Assembly (NCBI GenBank): GCA_044464585.1
Contig: JBIQLF010000007.1
Coordinates: 10,304 to 58,456 of the forward strand
Direction of reading: 5' to 3'
From: Thermomicrobia bacterium
GTDB lineage: Bacteria > Chloroflexota > Chloroflexia > Thermomicrobiales > UBA6265
Length of the DNA: 48,153 nucleotides
Under the pieces are notes generated by a model that was given only the letters and a program-made list of their open reading frames with translations, did not search any database and was not told the DNA's origin. The position numbers and the translations under genes are program-made. Of this stretch, positions 1 through 10,121 are shown in pieces. Within the stretch, counting starts at the first letter, position 1; each line of letters begins with the position of its first letter.

Positions 1-1294
1 ATCCGCACCCAGGATTCCAGAAGACGAGCAGCGTTTGCTTGCCCTTGTAATCGGAGAGCTTGACCGTCTTGCCTTCCAGATTGGGAAGCTCCATGTCCGG
101 GGCATCCTTGCCGACCAGATTGGGTCGCTGGGGCGCTGGGGCTGGCTTCGGAGCAGGAGCAGGTGCGGGAGCGCCGCCATTGGCCGCCGCGGGTGCGGGT
201 GCGGCGGGCCGGGCCGCCGCCAGACCGGCGGTGCTGCCGAGGAGCTGGCGGATCGATTCACCGCCGCCGGAAACCGGGCTGGCGATACGGCCATTCCGGT
301 CGATCAATACAGCCGAGGGGGTGCCATGCGCTTTGTACTGCGACGAAACCGCGCGGTTTTCTTGGAGCAGGACATTCGAAATACCATGTTCGGCGGCCTT
401 CGCGCGATTCTCCTCGGCGCTTCCCCCGCTGACGACGGCGATATTGAGCTTGCCGGCATTGTCTCGCTGCCAGCGACCCACGTCCGGCAGCAGCGCGTTG
501 CATGGACCGCAGGTTGGATCGGTGAAGAGGAGCATGGTCGGCAGACCATTGGAACGAATGGCGTCGAGGGTCAGCACCTCGCCATGCAGCCCTTCCAGCT
601 TGAAGCTGGGCGCCATCTCGCCGACGGGCAGCCCAGGGGCGGGCGCCGACGGCCCGGTCGCCGCGGGCACGGGCGCAGACCCGGCGCCCGCATTTTGCTG
701 AGCGGCCTCGATCGCGTCGAGCCGGAGCAATACCCGACCATTTTGTCCAAGCAAGTGGACCAGTATATAAGCCATCGCGGCCACCGCCGCGATGAGCGCA
801 ATGATGAGAATCGTTGCGATGATTTCCCAGGTGCCCAAATCACCCATCCATCCCAGCAGGCTGACACCTGCATTACCGTGCGAAAACGACCATCGATCCG
901 TTCCGAAGAGCAAAATGAAGAGTGCGATCGCGCCGAATAGACCGTTGCGAACGAGCGTACGCGATCCGGCGGGTTCGGAGTGGATCTGTCCGAAACAATG
1001 GCAATCTGGCGCTCGTCCCTTTTTCATGTTGTAGGCAATGCCGGCAACGAACGCCGCCAGCAGGAGGAATGCCAACAACGCGCCCCACCAGGCAGTGCGA
1101 ACCGGCAGCAGGAGGACGGCGATGACCAGCTCGGCGATTGGCAGCGCCACTGCCGCGGGGGCGGCCAGCGATTCCGGCAACCCGAATCCCAACATGGCGC
1201 CGCGGGAACCTTTCAGATCGAGCAGCTTGCCGATGCCGGCTACGAGAAAAATGACGGCCAGTACGATTCGTGCAAGAAGGAGAACGTATTCCAT
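1..1294 (-). CDS. MauE/DoxX-family membrane domain fused to two TlpA/MauD-like thioredoxin domains (3' end runs off window)
   Basis: Not in the ORF track; translated by hand from ATG at 1294. MEYVLLLARIVLAVIFLVAGIGKL...APDCHCFG (MauE-type CxCFG), several TM helices, then GEMAPSFKL...LLFTDPTCGPC...GTPSAVLID, an Ala/Pro linker, and GKDAPDMELPNLEGKTVKLSDYKGKQTLLVFWNPGCG at the window edge. Confidence 0.85.
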   Translation of the reverse strand, partial: MEYVLLLARIVLAVIFLVAGIGKLLDLKGSRGAMLGFGLPESLAAPAAVALPIAELVIAVLLLPVRTAWWGALLAFLLLAAFVAGIAYNMKKGRAPDCHCFGQIHSEPAGSRTLVRNGLFGAIALFILLFGTDRWSFSHGNAGVSLLGWMGDLGTWEIIATILIIALIAAVAAMAYILVHLLGQNGRVLLRLDAIEAAQQNAGAGSAPVPAATGPSAPAPGLPVGEMAPSFKLEGLHGEVLTLDAIRSNGLPTMLLFTDPTCGPCNALLPDVGRWQRDNAGKLNIAVVSGGSAEENRAKAAEHGISNVLLQENRAVSSQYKAHGTPSAVLIDRNGRIASPVSGGGESIRQLLGSTAGLAAARPAAPAPAAANGGAPAPAPAPKPAPAPQRPNLVGKDAPDMELPNLEGKTVKLSDYKGKQTLLVFWNPGCG

Positions 1295-1445
1295 CAACTG
1301 CCCCGGTGGGATCGCGAGGGAAATCTCGCAGGCTCATTCGAAACGGGTACGGAGTTACAAGAGTCTAGCATCTTATGAATCGTACACTCCTCTCGCATGG
1401 ACGAAAAGAGGGGCAGTTCACTTCGGCCCCGGAGTATAGAACGGT

Positions 1446-2387
1446 ATGATGAATTCGAGTACGGCGAAGGACGAGCTGATGGAGGGCGTCGTCGTTCGCG
1501 CGCATGGGAAATGGTTCACGGTCGAGGTTCCCGGTTCCGAGACGATTTGGCTGGCGACCCCCAAAGGCACGCTCAAGCGGGGACGGCAAAGCTCGGACCC
1601 GGTGGTGGTGGGCGATCGGGTATCGATTTCCGACGTGGGGGATGGTGAAGCGCGTATCGAGCAGGTGGCCGAACGCCGGTCTGTGCTTGCCAGGCCGCAA
1701 CGCGGCTCGACCACCAGCGAACAAATCCTGCTGGCCAATCTCGATCAGGCGTTGTTCGTTTTTGCCGTACGTGACCCAGAACCGCACCGCCGAATGCTCG
1801 ATCGGTTTCTGGTTCTGGCGGAGGACCGGGGCATTCCAGCGCTGGTGGGCGTCAACAAGATCGACCTGGACGAAACACTCCCCGATGGCATTTTGCGTTC
1901 GCGTTCGATCTTCGGTGATTACGAGCACATCTATCCCGTTTTCTATTTCAGCACCCGCAGTGGTGAGGGGCTTCCCGCGTTACGTGCGGTGCTGCAGGGC
2001 AAGACGACGGCGATCACCGGTCCTTCGGGTGTGGGCAAGTCGAGCATTCTCAACGCACTGGGCGCGGAACGGTTCCGCGACGTCGGGCCGATCTCGGCGG
2101 CGACCGGTAAGGGGAGGCACACGACCACATCGGCCGAGCTGATCCGGCTCGACGCGGAAACGTTCGTGGCGGATACGCCGGGTATCCGCTCGCTGGCCAT
2201 GCACGGGGTTGCGCCGGAGATGCTCGACCGGCGCTTCCGCGAATTCCAGCCGTATCTGGGCTTGTGCTTCTATCCAGACTGCAAACACCTCACCGAACCG
2301 GGATGCGCCGTGTTGGAAGCGGTCTCCGAAGGCAAGATCGCGCCAGAACGATACGAGAGCTACGCGGCGCTCCGGCGCGGCGAGTGA
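1446..2387 (+). CDS. rsgA: Ribosome small subunit-dependent GTPase A
   Basis: OB-fold N-terminus (VVGDRV), circularly permuted GTPase motifs NKID, GPSGVGKSS, GRHTT, DTPG, and a C-terminal Zn finger CFYPDCKHLTEPGC. Confidence 0.97.
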   Translation: MMNSSTAKDELMEGVVVRAHGKWFTVEVPGSETIWLATPKGTLKRGRQSSDPVVVGDRVSISDVGDGEARIEQVAERRSVLARPQRGSTTSEQILLANLDQALFVFAVRDPEPHRRMLDRFLVLAEDRGIPALVGVNKIDLDETLPDGILRSRSIFGDYEHIYPVFYFSTRSGEGLPALRAVLQGKTTAITGPSGVGKSSILNALGAERFRDVGPISAATGKGRHTTTSAELIRLDAETFVADTPGIRSLAMHGVAPEMLDRRFREFQPYLGLCFYPDCKHLTEPGCAVLEAVSEGKIAPERYESYAALRRGE

Positions 2388-2388
2388 C

Positions 2389-2636
2389 GCTGGACGGGGC
2401 TCGAGTCTTGGGTCGTGAGTCTTAAGTCTACGGTCCGGGGGCCGGGGGCCGGAGACTGTCGGATCGGGAGCCAGAGGGTGGAGCGAAATCGATGGTACGT
2501 ATCGACTGCGTGTGATGCCGCCGATCAGGTGAACGACTCGACGCACGTAGCCAGAAGTACGCTCTCCAGCCTCCGGACTCAAAACCCAGGACTCACGACT
2601 CAAGACTCACGACCCACGACTCGAGCCCCGTCCAGC
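2389..2636. repeat. Foldback element with 40-bp terminal inverted repeats built from 7-bp tandem units
   Basis: 2389-2428 GCTGGACGGGGCTCGAGTCTTGGGTCGTGAGTCTTAAGTC matches the reverse complement of 2597-2636 at 38/40 positions. Units are G[A/G]GTC[G/T]T. Lies between convergent genes. Confidence 0.9.
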
Positions 2637-2647
2637 CTCACGACCCG

Positions 2648-3871
2648 CTATCGCACGATCGACTCTTCCGGCGATTCGCCGTATTGGAATTCGTCGACCC
2701 ACGGTTTGCCCTCGGCGAACCGCGAGGCACGGAATGGGGTCATGTCCATCAGCTGCGGTCCGCCGTCGGCAATCCATTCCGCCAGGATCTGGCCGATGGC
2801 CGGTGACGTTTTGAAGGATGTGCCACTGTCGCCGGTCATGACGAACAGTCCATCGAATTGGCCGAGCTTGTCGATGATCGGGTGTCCGTCCGGACTTTGC
2901 ATATAGACCCCAGTCCAGCCGCCGCGCATGGTCGAATGGGCGAAGACCGGAAATCGACGAGCCAATGTGGCGCGGGCCGTGTCGATATACCACTGTTCGA
3001 CCGATTCCTCGAAATCGGCTGGATCGGAACCATCGCGGTCACCGATGGTGACGCCGATGAGGGTGGTGGTCGGTGTGACGGGCGCTATCCAGGCGCTGTT
3101 GAGCGAGTCGATCACCACCCGATGCCGGCGCGTGGCCGGCATCTCGAAGGGATGACGGAAGAGGACCACCCGCGAACGGCGCGGAAATGTGCCCAGATCG
3201 ATGCCCAGCGGGATCAGGAGCGTATTTGCATACGCTCCAGCGGCCACCAGCACGGTGGGGGTCGAGATCGAACCCGCTGGCGTCTTGACGCCGGTGACCG
3301 TTCCATCTTCGGTGAGGATCCGAGTGACCTCGACGCCGGTGTGAATGGATGCACCCCGTTTGGTCGCGGCGTGCGCGAACCCGAATGCGGTCGCATTCGA
3401 ATCGGCAAACCCGGAATGTGGTTCGTAGGCCGCGAGACTGATGTCGTCGGTGCGGATGAACGGTTCGATGAAGGCGATTTCGTCCGGTGTGACTAGCATG
3501 GTGTCGCTGCCCAGATCGCGCTGCATGGCGACATTCTTGCGGAGCGCGTCTTCGTCGTCCGGGGCAACCAGGCGCAGGAACCCGACTTGTTCCAAACCCG
3601 GATCGCCCGCGCCGACCTGTTCGGCCCAACTCCGGAAGATCCGCATACTGGCAAGCGCAAGTTTGGTTTCCTGGGGATTGGTGTAGTGGGCGCGCACCAG
3701 CGCGCCCGATTTGCCGGTTGCGCCGGCCCCGATATGACTGCGTTCCAGCACCACCGGGCGAATCCCTTTGCGGGTAAGCTGGTACGCGGCGGAGAGTCCA
3801 TTGACCCCCGCGCCGATGATGACGACTTCGGCGGTGGCAGGGAATGCGGCCGGATTGGCATCGAACGTCAT
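2648..3871 (-). CDS. FAD-dependent oxidoreductase, DAO / sarcosine oxidase beta-subunit-like
   Basis: Rossmann VVIIGAGVNG..., GATGKSGALVR, SPDGHPII, GDSGTSFKTSPAIG. Confidence 0.9.
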   Translation of the reverse strand: MTFDANPAAFPATAEVVIIGAGVNGLSAAYQLTRKGIRPVVLERSHIGAGATGKSGALVRAHYTNPQETKLALASMRIFRSWAEQVGAGDPGLEQVGFLRLVAPDDEDALRKNVAMQRDLGSDTMLVTPDEIAFIEPFIRTDDISLAAYEPHSGFADSNATAFGFAHAATKRGASIHTGVEVTRILTEDGTVTGVKTPAGSISTPTVLVAAGAYANTLLIPLGIDLGTFPRRSRVVLFRHPFEMPATRRHRVVIDSLNSAWIAPVTPTTTLIGVTIGDRDGSDPADFEESVEQWYIDTARATLARRFPVFAHSTMRGGWTGVYMQSPDGHPIIDKLGQFDGLFVMTGDSGTSFKTSPAIGQILAEWIADGGPQLMDMTPFRASRFAEGKPWVDEFQYGESPEESIVR

Positions 3872-3936
3872 GGTGTCACCTCCGAGATGGATACTCCGCT
3901 TTCGAATTCGATTCTCGACACAGGATACGTGCGCCC

Positions 3937-4272
3937 ATGCGTGGTCACCAACAGATTTCCAACGACAAGGTCGATGAGCTGATCGTGTTTCTGACGCCGT
4001 ATGTGCGCTCCTTGCTGCAGCGCGTCGATGCCGATGAATTCACCACCACCCAGTTCATCGAGGTGATGCACCAGGACCCCGTGACCGAGCAGGCGTACCA
4101 GCAGGCGCTGACCGACTGGGGTGAAACATCGCACCAGGCAAAGATGGTGATTCATGGGCAGGTGATTCCGGCGGCCATGCGGGCATCGGACATGGTGGAA
4201 TGGATCGGGTTCGCGCATGGGGAGGATGATCCCTATGCGGTGCCGGCCTGGTGGAAATTGAAAGCGGAATAA
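3937..4272 (+). CDS. Hypothetical protein (~111 aa)
   Basis: GC3-rich codon usage and protein-like composition (MRGHQQISNDKVDELIVFL...PAWWKLKAE). Start chosen at ATG 3937 to avoid overlap with the divergent gene. Confidence 0.75.
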   Translation: MRGHQQISNDKVDELIVFLTPYVRSLLQRVDADEFTTTQFIEVMHQDPVTEQAYQQALTDWGETSHQAKMVIHGQVIPAAMRASDMVEWIGFAHGEDDPYAVPAWWKLKAE

Positions 4273-4664
4273 CATGCTTTCGGGAGGGGCGCCGGTGGAT
4301 GCGGCAGCGCCGCTGGTAAAGCGGTGCGCATCCCGGATGCTGGCCAGGAGGCGGCCTGCTGGCGGCCGTTCGCACCGCAACATCGCACGCGGAGCGGTGA
4401 TGCCGGCCAGCGCCACCGCCGGGCATCGGGCTTTTTGACCGGCTAGAACGCCTGCATTCATTCCCGCCTAGGTTTGCCGGACAGTGCCCGTATATACTTC
4501 CATTTCTGAAAGATGACGTCTTCCGAACTGAAGCCGGCATCGCAGAACGAACCCGGCGCCCGGTTCGACCGTTTGCCGGTGCGAAGTGCTCGATCCTGGC
4601 TGGCCCGGGCTGGGCATTTCGCTCTTTCTCCCCCATTCGAAGACACACCAGATGGAATCATTCG

Positions 4665-6740
4665 ATGCAAGACAATTCAGGGAAAAATCCTAAAGATCAG
4701 AAGAACTGGATCGACCGGGTCTGGAACCGAAATGGCGAAAAGGAGGGCCAGAACGGCGAGCCGGGACAGTCGCGCCCGCGGGTGCCGAGCTGGCTGATCG
4801 GCATTCTCATCCTGGCGCTGATCGGTTGGTATCTCTATCAGAACTTCGTGCCACGAGCGGACAGCGACATCACGATGGTGCCGTATTCGGTCGTGACCGC
4901 CCAGATCGACGCCGGCAATGTCAAGGAAGCAACGATCACCGATTCGACAATCCGGGTCGATCTGGCCAAGAGCGTCAACTGGAACAAGACGGATCAGGCG
5001 ATCGAGACCGCCAGTGGGTCGGGAACAGTCGAAACCGACCAGCTCAAGGCGACGATTCCCCCGGTCGTCCAGACCAACAATCAGCAGCTCATGGACCAGC
5101 TGGCGGCGCACAATGTGGTGGTCAACGGCGAGCAACCATCGAGCTCGCTCTGGACGGGACTCCTCATCAGCTTCCTGCCGATCCTGCTCTTCCTGGGGTT
5201 GATCCTCTTCATGGGCCGGCAAATGACCCGGGGGCAGCAGAATGTCTTCGGCTTCGGGCGTAGCCGCGCGCGACAACACGATCCCGAACGCCCCCAGGTG
5301 ACCTTTGCCGATGTGGCCGGGGAAGAAGAAGCGAAACGGGAACTGACCGAGGTGGTCGATTTTCTGCGCAATCCGGCCAAATATCACCAGCTTGGCGCGC
5401 GGTTGCCGCGTGGCGTGCTGCTGGTCGGTCCTCCAGGAACCGGCAAGACATTGATGGCGCGCGCCGTGGCCGGTGAGGCCGGAGTTCCCTTCTTCAGCAT
5501 TTCCGCCTCCGAGTTCGTGGAGATGTTCGTCGGTGTCGGCGCTAGTCGCGTGCGCGATCTTTTCGAAAAGGCGAAGGCGAATTCGCCGGCCATCATCTTC
5601 ATCGATGAGCTCGATGCGGTCGGCCGCCAGCGATTCGCCGGTCTCGGCGGATCGAACGACGAGCGCGAGCAGACCCTGAACCAGCTCCTGGTGGAGATGG
5701 ATGGATTCGATACCAATCAGGAAGTCATCATCATGGCGGCGACCAACCGCCCGGATGTGCTCGATCCGGCGCTCCTGCGGCCGGGCCGGTTCGACCGGCA
5801 GGTCACCATTGGGTTGCCCGACCGGGCGGGCCGCGAATCGATCCTCAAGATCCATAGCCGGGGTATTCCCCTGGCCGCCGATGTCGATGTTTCCAGTCTG
5901 GCCAAGGGAACGACCGGATTCTCCGGCGCGGATCTTTCGAATCTGGTCAACGAGGCCGCGCTGACCGCGGCCCGGCGCAACAAGAAGCTGATCGACAAGA
6001 GCGATTTCGAAGACGCGCTGGACAAGGTGCTGCTCGGCACGGTCCGCGCGGGCATCATGAACGATGAGGAACGCAAGGTGGTCGCCTATCACGAGGGCGG
6101 TCATGCGCTGGTGGCGCACCTGACCCCCGGCACCGACCCGCTGCGCAAGGTCAGCATCGTTCCGCGCGGGCGGGCGCTCGGTGTGGCCATTCAGTCGCCG
6201 GAAGAAGACCGCTACAACGTTTCCAAGACCTATCTACTCGGCCGGCTCGATACCGCGTTGGGCGGTCGCGCGGCGGAGATGGTGATCTTCGACGAGATCA
6301 CCACCGGCGCCGAGAGCGACCTCAAGCAGGCGACCGCGCTGGCCCGCCGGATGGTCGGGTTATGGGGGATGAGCGACGAGGTCGGACCGGTCTATCTTGG
6401 CACCGGTGAGGAACACGTGTTCCTCGGTCGCGAAATCGTGCAGGAAAAGGCATTTTCCGATTCGACGGCCACCCGGCTGGACAAGGCTGTGCGCGACATC
6501 GTCGAAGACGCCTTGGGCCGGGCGGTCGGTATGGTCGAGACTAATCGCGACAAGCTCGAATTGCTGGTCAAGGCGCTTCTGGAAAAAGAAACGCTCGATG
6601 CCACCGAGGTTACGGCTATTCTCGGGCCGCGCCCCGGTGGTGGCAGCGACGAACCGATTTCGCTCGACAGCGCCATCGAAGAACAGCGAACCTCTGTCGA
6701 TTCGAATGGCCTGCCGATCGGCGTGGCCGAGCAAGCCTGA
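4665..6740 (+). CDS. ftsH: ATP-dependent zinc metalloprotease FtsH
   Basis: Two TM segments, Walker A GPPGTGKT, Walker B IIFIDELD, pore loop [33 protein letters not shown] zinc motif. Confidence 0.98.
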   Translation: MQDNSGKNPKDQKNWIDRVWNRNGEKEGQNGEPGQSRPRVPSWLIGILILALIGWYLYQNFVPRADSDITMVPYSVVTAQIDAGNVKEATITDSTIRVDLAKSVNWNKTDQAIETASGSGTVETDQLKATIPPVVQTNNQQLMDQLAAHNVVVNGEQPSSSLWTGLLISFLPILLFLGLILFMGRQMTRGQQNVFGFGRSRARQHDPERPQVTFADVAGEEEAKRELTEVVDFLRNPAKYHQLGARLPRGVLLVGPPGTGKTLMARAVAGEAGVPFFSISASEFVEMFVGVGASRVRDLFEKAKANSPAIIFIDELDAVGRQRFAGLGGSNDEREQTLNQLLVEMDGFDTNQEVIIMAATNRPDVLDPALLRPGRFDRQVTIGLPDRAGRESILKIHSRGIPLAADVDVSSLAKGTTGFSGADLSNLVNEAALTAARRNKKLIDKSDFEDALDKVLLGTVRAGIMNDEERKVVAYHEGGHALVAHLTPGTDPLRKVSIVPRGRALGVAIQSPEEDRYNVSKTYLLGRLDTALGGRAAEMVIFDEITTGAESDLKQATALARRMVGLWGMSDEVGPVYLGTGEEHVFLGREIVQEKAFSDSTATRLDKAVRDIVEDALGRAVGMVETNRDKLELLVKALLEKETLDATEVTAILGPRPGGGSDEPISLDSAIEEQRTSVDSNGLPIGVAEQA

Positions 6741-6747
6741 TCGCAGT

Positions 6748-7554
6748 ATGGTCCGTTTCCGCGCCGTCGTCGTTCTTCTCGTTTTGCTGGCGGGACTTGG
6801 CACTGGAGTTGGGAGGGCGCAGTCGCCAACGATGACGCTGGTGGCTCCATTCCGGCACTTCGAGGTGGTCGCGCGGCATCCGCACGATACGGACGCGTTT
6901 ACCGAGGGTCTGATCTGGTACGACGGGCGGCTGTACGAAGGCACCGGGATCGCGGGTAGATCCCAGCTTCGCCTTGTCGATCTGGAGACGGGCGCTGTTC
7001 TGCAATCGCGCAAGCTGAGTCCGGATGAGTTCGGGGAAGGCGTGACCATTCTCGACGATGTGATCTACCAGTTGACCTGGAGATCCAATATCGCCTACGC
7101 CTACGATCTCGATTCCTTCGATGAAATCGGCACATTTGCATTCGATGGCGAGGGCTGGGGTCTGACGACCGATGGAACATCGCTCATCATGAGCAATGGA
7201 TCGGACCAGATCGTCTACCGCGATCCGGAGACCTTCGAGATCACCCGAACCATCTCGGTGCGCGACGGCGACGATCCGATCTTCCAGTTGAACGAGCTCG
7301 AATACATCGATGGGGTCATTTGGGCCAACGTCTGGCACACCAACCTGATTGCCCGGATCGATCCCGAGACCGGGTCGGTCCTCGACTGGCTCGATCTGTC
7401 GTCGCTCGCTGCCGAAATGGCCGCCTCCGCAGCGGATGGCAATGTGCTGAATGGCATCGCGTGGAATCCGGAATCCGAAACCGTGTTGGTGACCGGCAAA
7501 TACTGGCCGGTGCTGTTCGAGATTCAGCTGACCGGTTCCCAATCCACCTCGTAA
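6748..7554 (+). CDS. Secreted glutaminyl-peptide cyclotransferase (type II, beta-propeller)
   Basis: Signal peptide MVRFRAVVVLL...GRAQ. Motifs HDxxAFTEGL, FGEG, QLTW, GEGWGL, LNELE, ANVW, VLNGIA, TGKYWP. Confidence 0.93.
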   Translation: MVRFRAVVVLLVLLAGLGTGVGRAQSPTMTLVAPFRHFEVVARHPHDTDAFTEGLIWYDGRLYEGTGIAGRSQLRLVDLETGAVLQSRKLSPDEFGEGVTILDDVIYQLTWRSNIAYAYDLDSFDEIGTFAFDGEGWGLTTDGTSLIMSNGSDQIVYRDPETFEITRTISVRDGDDPIFQLNELEYIDGVIWANVWHTNLIARIDPETGSVLDWLDLSSLAAEMAASAADGNVLNGIAWNPESETVLVTGKYWPVLFEIQLTGSQSTS

Positions 7555-7703
7555 CCGCCGGCCCGCTGCTGGATTGGCGACTCCAACGAGCGAGCCAGCG
7601 CGCGGGTTCGCTTCGCGTTGCCGGTCGTTCTGTGCGCGTTTCCGGTAGGGCATACTACCGGGAGCGATGGGTGTTCGAATGCCCCGGGGAAAGGATCAAA
7701 CCG

Positions 7704-10121
7704 TTGGCCGACGCAGACGTCAAGATTCCGAGTGATAGTCCGTCCTTCGATCCCGAGGAGCTCGAGGCACTGAAAGCCATCGAGCGGCGCATGCTCTGGC
7801 TTTCGACGCAGATGGTGCATCATGCCAACAATGTGCGCCCGAATCCGGAAAAGACCAAAGTCGGCGGTCACCAGGCATCGTCCGCGTCGGTCATTACGAT
7901 CCTGACGGCACTCTATTTCAATTACCTGCGCGCCGGGGACCGGGTTTCGATCAAACCGCATGCCTCGCCGGGGTTTCATGCCGCGCAATATCTGCTCGGT
8001 CATCTCGATAAGTCGTATCTGCCGACCCTGCGCGAATACAAGGGGCTGCAGGCCTATCCGAGTCGCACCAAGGATCCGGACCCGGTCGATTTTTCCACCG
8101 GTTCGGTCGGGCTCGGCGCCGTTGCCCCGGTCTATGCCGCACTCGCCAGCCGCTATGCGCAATTGCACTACGGTGAGGATGCGGTCAATTCTGGCCGGTT
8201 CATCGCGCTGATGGGCGATGCAGAGCTGGACGAAGGAAATGTCTGGGAAACGGTGGCCGAGGAGGCGATCCGCGGTCTGGGCAATGTGATCTGGATCGTC
8301 GATCTCAATCGCCAGAGTCTCGATCGGATCATCCCGGGTGTGCGGGCGGACCGGCTGAAAGCCCTTTTCGCCGGAGCCGGTTGGCGAGTTTTCGAGGCGA
8401 AATATGGCACCCAGCTCGGAGCGGCGATGGCCGGACCGGGGGGAAGCGCCTTGCGTCGCCGTATCGACGAGATGAGCAACGAGGAATACCAGTCGCTCAT
8501 TCGATTGAAAGACGGCGCTGAATTGCGCGCTCGCATGGGCGCGGTAGCTGATGCGAAATATCGCGCCGATATTCTGCTTTCCCTGAAATCGACACCCGAC
8601 GATGAATTGCGCGACCTGATCGCCAATCTCGGTGGGCACGATATGCCGCGGCTGCTGGATGTGCTGCATCAGGCCGATGCGGTGACCGATGCGCCCTCGG
8701 TCGTGTTTGCCTATACCGTCAAGGGGTGGGGATTGCCGATGGCCGGCGATCCGCTCAATCATTCGCTCCTGCTGACCGATTCGCAAATGGAAGAGCTGCA
8801 GGCAACACTCGGCGAGGGAATCGAGGACGTTTGGGCGGGCTTGCCGGAGGGGTCGCCCGCGTGGCAACTGGCTCGCAAAGCCGCCGATCGGCTGGTGGAG
8901 AACCACGAGGCCGATACGTTATTCGATCCGGCGAACCTGCCGGCCGATCTTGCGATCCGGCATCCGAATTCGACCTCGACCCAGGAAGCGTTGGGCCGGG
9001 CGCTGGTGCGGCTGGCCGATGTCGAATCGGTGCGCGAGCGGCTGGTGACGATGTCGCCCGACGTGGCGACTTCGACTCATCTGTCTGGCTGGATCAACAA
9101 GGTCGGCGTGTTCGCCTTCGAGGAGGGGCCGGAATACGAGATCGCCGGGCAGAAGATGCTCAAATGGCATCCGACTCCGCAAGGCCGCCATATCGAGCTC
9201 GGTATTTCCGAGATGAACCTGTTCATGTGCCTGGGGCAGTTCGGGCTGTCGTATGAGCTGACCGGGCAGCATCTGATCCCGATCGGAACGGTCTACGATC
9301 CATTCGTTTGCCGGGGGCTCGATGCGCTGATCTACAGTCTCTATGTCGGATCGAAGATGATCTTCGCGGGCACCCCGGCGGGCGTCTCGTTGAGCCCGGA
9401 AGGCGGAGCGCATCAGAGTTCCATCACGCCGTCGATCGGCATCGAATTGCCAGGCGTCGTCTTCTTCGAACCTGCCTTCGCTCTGGAAACCGAATGGATC
9501 CTGCTGGAAGCGATGCGCCAGGTGTGCGACCGGGTCGATGGCAAGTCGACCTATTTGCGGCTGTCGACCAAACCGGTCGATCAAACCCTGATGCGTGAAC
9601 CGCTGGAACGATTCGGCGAAACCGAGCTGCGGCGGCAGGTGCTGGCCGGTGGGTACCGTCTGGTCGACCGCACGGTGCATGCGCCCGAGCTGCTCGCGTC
9701 CGACGCGGTCAATATCTTCGTGGGCGGCATCATGGCGCCGGAAGCGATCGAAGCGGCCGGGCGGCTCCACGCGGAAGGGGTCGCGGCCAATGTCATCGTG
9801 GCGACCAGCACCGACCGGCTCTTCGCGCAACTGCGTGATTCGCGCCGGCGGCTACTGCGCAATGCCAGCGAACCCCTCGATCTCGGTCATCTGGAAACGT
9901 TGATTCCCGCGAGCGAGCGGCGCGCCCCGATCGTGACCATTCAGGATGGCGCATCCCACGCCATGAGCTTCCTCGGATCGGTCTTCGGGGTGCCGGTGGT
10001 GCCGCTCGGAGTCGATGCCTTCGGGCAATCCGGTTCGCGGGCCGATCTCTACCACGAGACCGGGATCGATGCCGATCAGATCGTCAATGCGGCCATGCTA
10101 GCGCTGGAATTGGGCGCGTGA
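7704..10121 (+). CDS. Homodimeric-type 2-oxoacid (pyruvate) dehydrogenase E1 / transketolase-like ThDP enzyme
   Basis: KVGGHQASSAS, FSTGSVGLG, ThDP motif GDAELDEG...N, ELGISEMN, EGGAHQS, LGVDAFGQSG. Start placed at TTG 7704 behind GAAAGGA. Confidence 0.88.
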   Translation: MADADVKIPSDSPSFDPEELEALKAIERRMLWLSTQMVHHANNVRPNPEKTKVGGHQASSASVITILTALYFNYLRAGDRVSIKPHASPGFHAAQYLLGHLDKSYLPTLREYKGLQAYPSRTKDPDPVDFSTGSVGLGAVAPVYAALASRYAQLHYGEDAVNSGRFIALMGDAELDEGNVWETVAEEAIRGLGNVIWIVDLNRQSLDRIIPGVRADRLKALFAGAGWRVFEAKYGTQLGAAMAGPGGSALRRRIDEMSNEEYQSLIRLKDGAELRARMGAVADAKYRADILLSLKSTPDDELRDLIANLGGHDMPRLLDVLHQADAVTDAPSVVFAYTVKGWGLPMAGDPLNHSLLLTDSQMEELQATLGEGIEDVWAGLPEGSPAWQLARKAADRLVENHEADTLFDPANLPADLAIRHPNSTSTQEALGRALVRLADVESVRERLVTMSPDVATSTHLSGWINKVGVFAFEEGPEYEIAGQKMLKWHPTPQGRHIELGISEMNLFMCLGQFGLSYELTGQHLIPIGTVYDPFVCRGLDALIYSLYVGSKMIFAGTPAGVSLSPEGGAHQSSITPSIGIELPGVVFFEPAFALETEWILLEAMRQVCDRVDGKSTYLRLSTKPVDQTLMREPLERFGETELRRQVLAGGYRLVDRTVHAPELLASDAVNIFVGGIMAPEAIEAAGRLHAEGVAANVIVATSTDRLFAQLRDSRRRLLRNASEPLDLGHLETLIPASERRAPIVTIQDGASHAMSFLGSVFGVPVVPLGVDAFGQSGSRADLYHETGIDADQIVNAAMLALELGA

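Noticed and set aside
35-940. Plus-strand ORFs 35..940 and 60..701
   Set aside because: Antisense shadows of the minus-strand MauE-thioredoxin gene, which carries the recognisable motifs.
2389-2636. CRISPR array or autonomous IS interpretation of the heptamer repeats (also 23803-23971)
   Set aside because: Units are 7 bp, contiguous and have no spacers. No cas or transposase gene and no clear target-site duplication.
4474-4498. TTGCCG...TATACT promoter for ftsH
   Set aside because: The spacer is only 13 bp. The -10 may be real but the pair is not supportable.
7320-7703. N-terminal extensions in the ORF track for E1 (7320), cyclotransferase (6397), LivF (25920), ppk1 (23564) and metY (42461)
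   Set aside because: They overlap neighbouring genes or promoters and look non-coding. Downstream starts have better RBS context or translational coupling.
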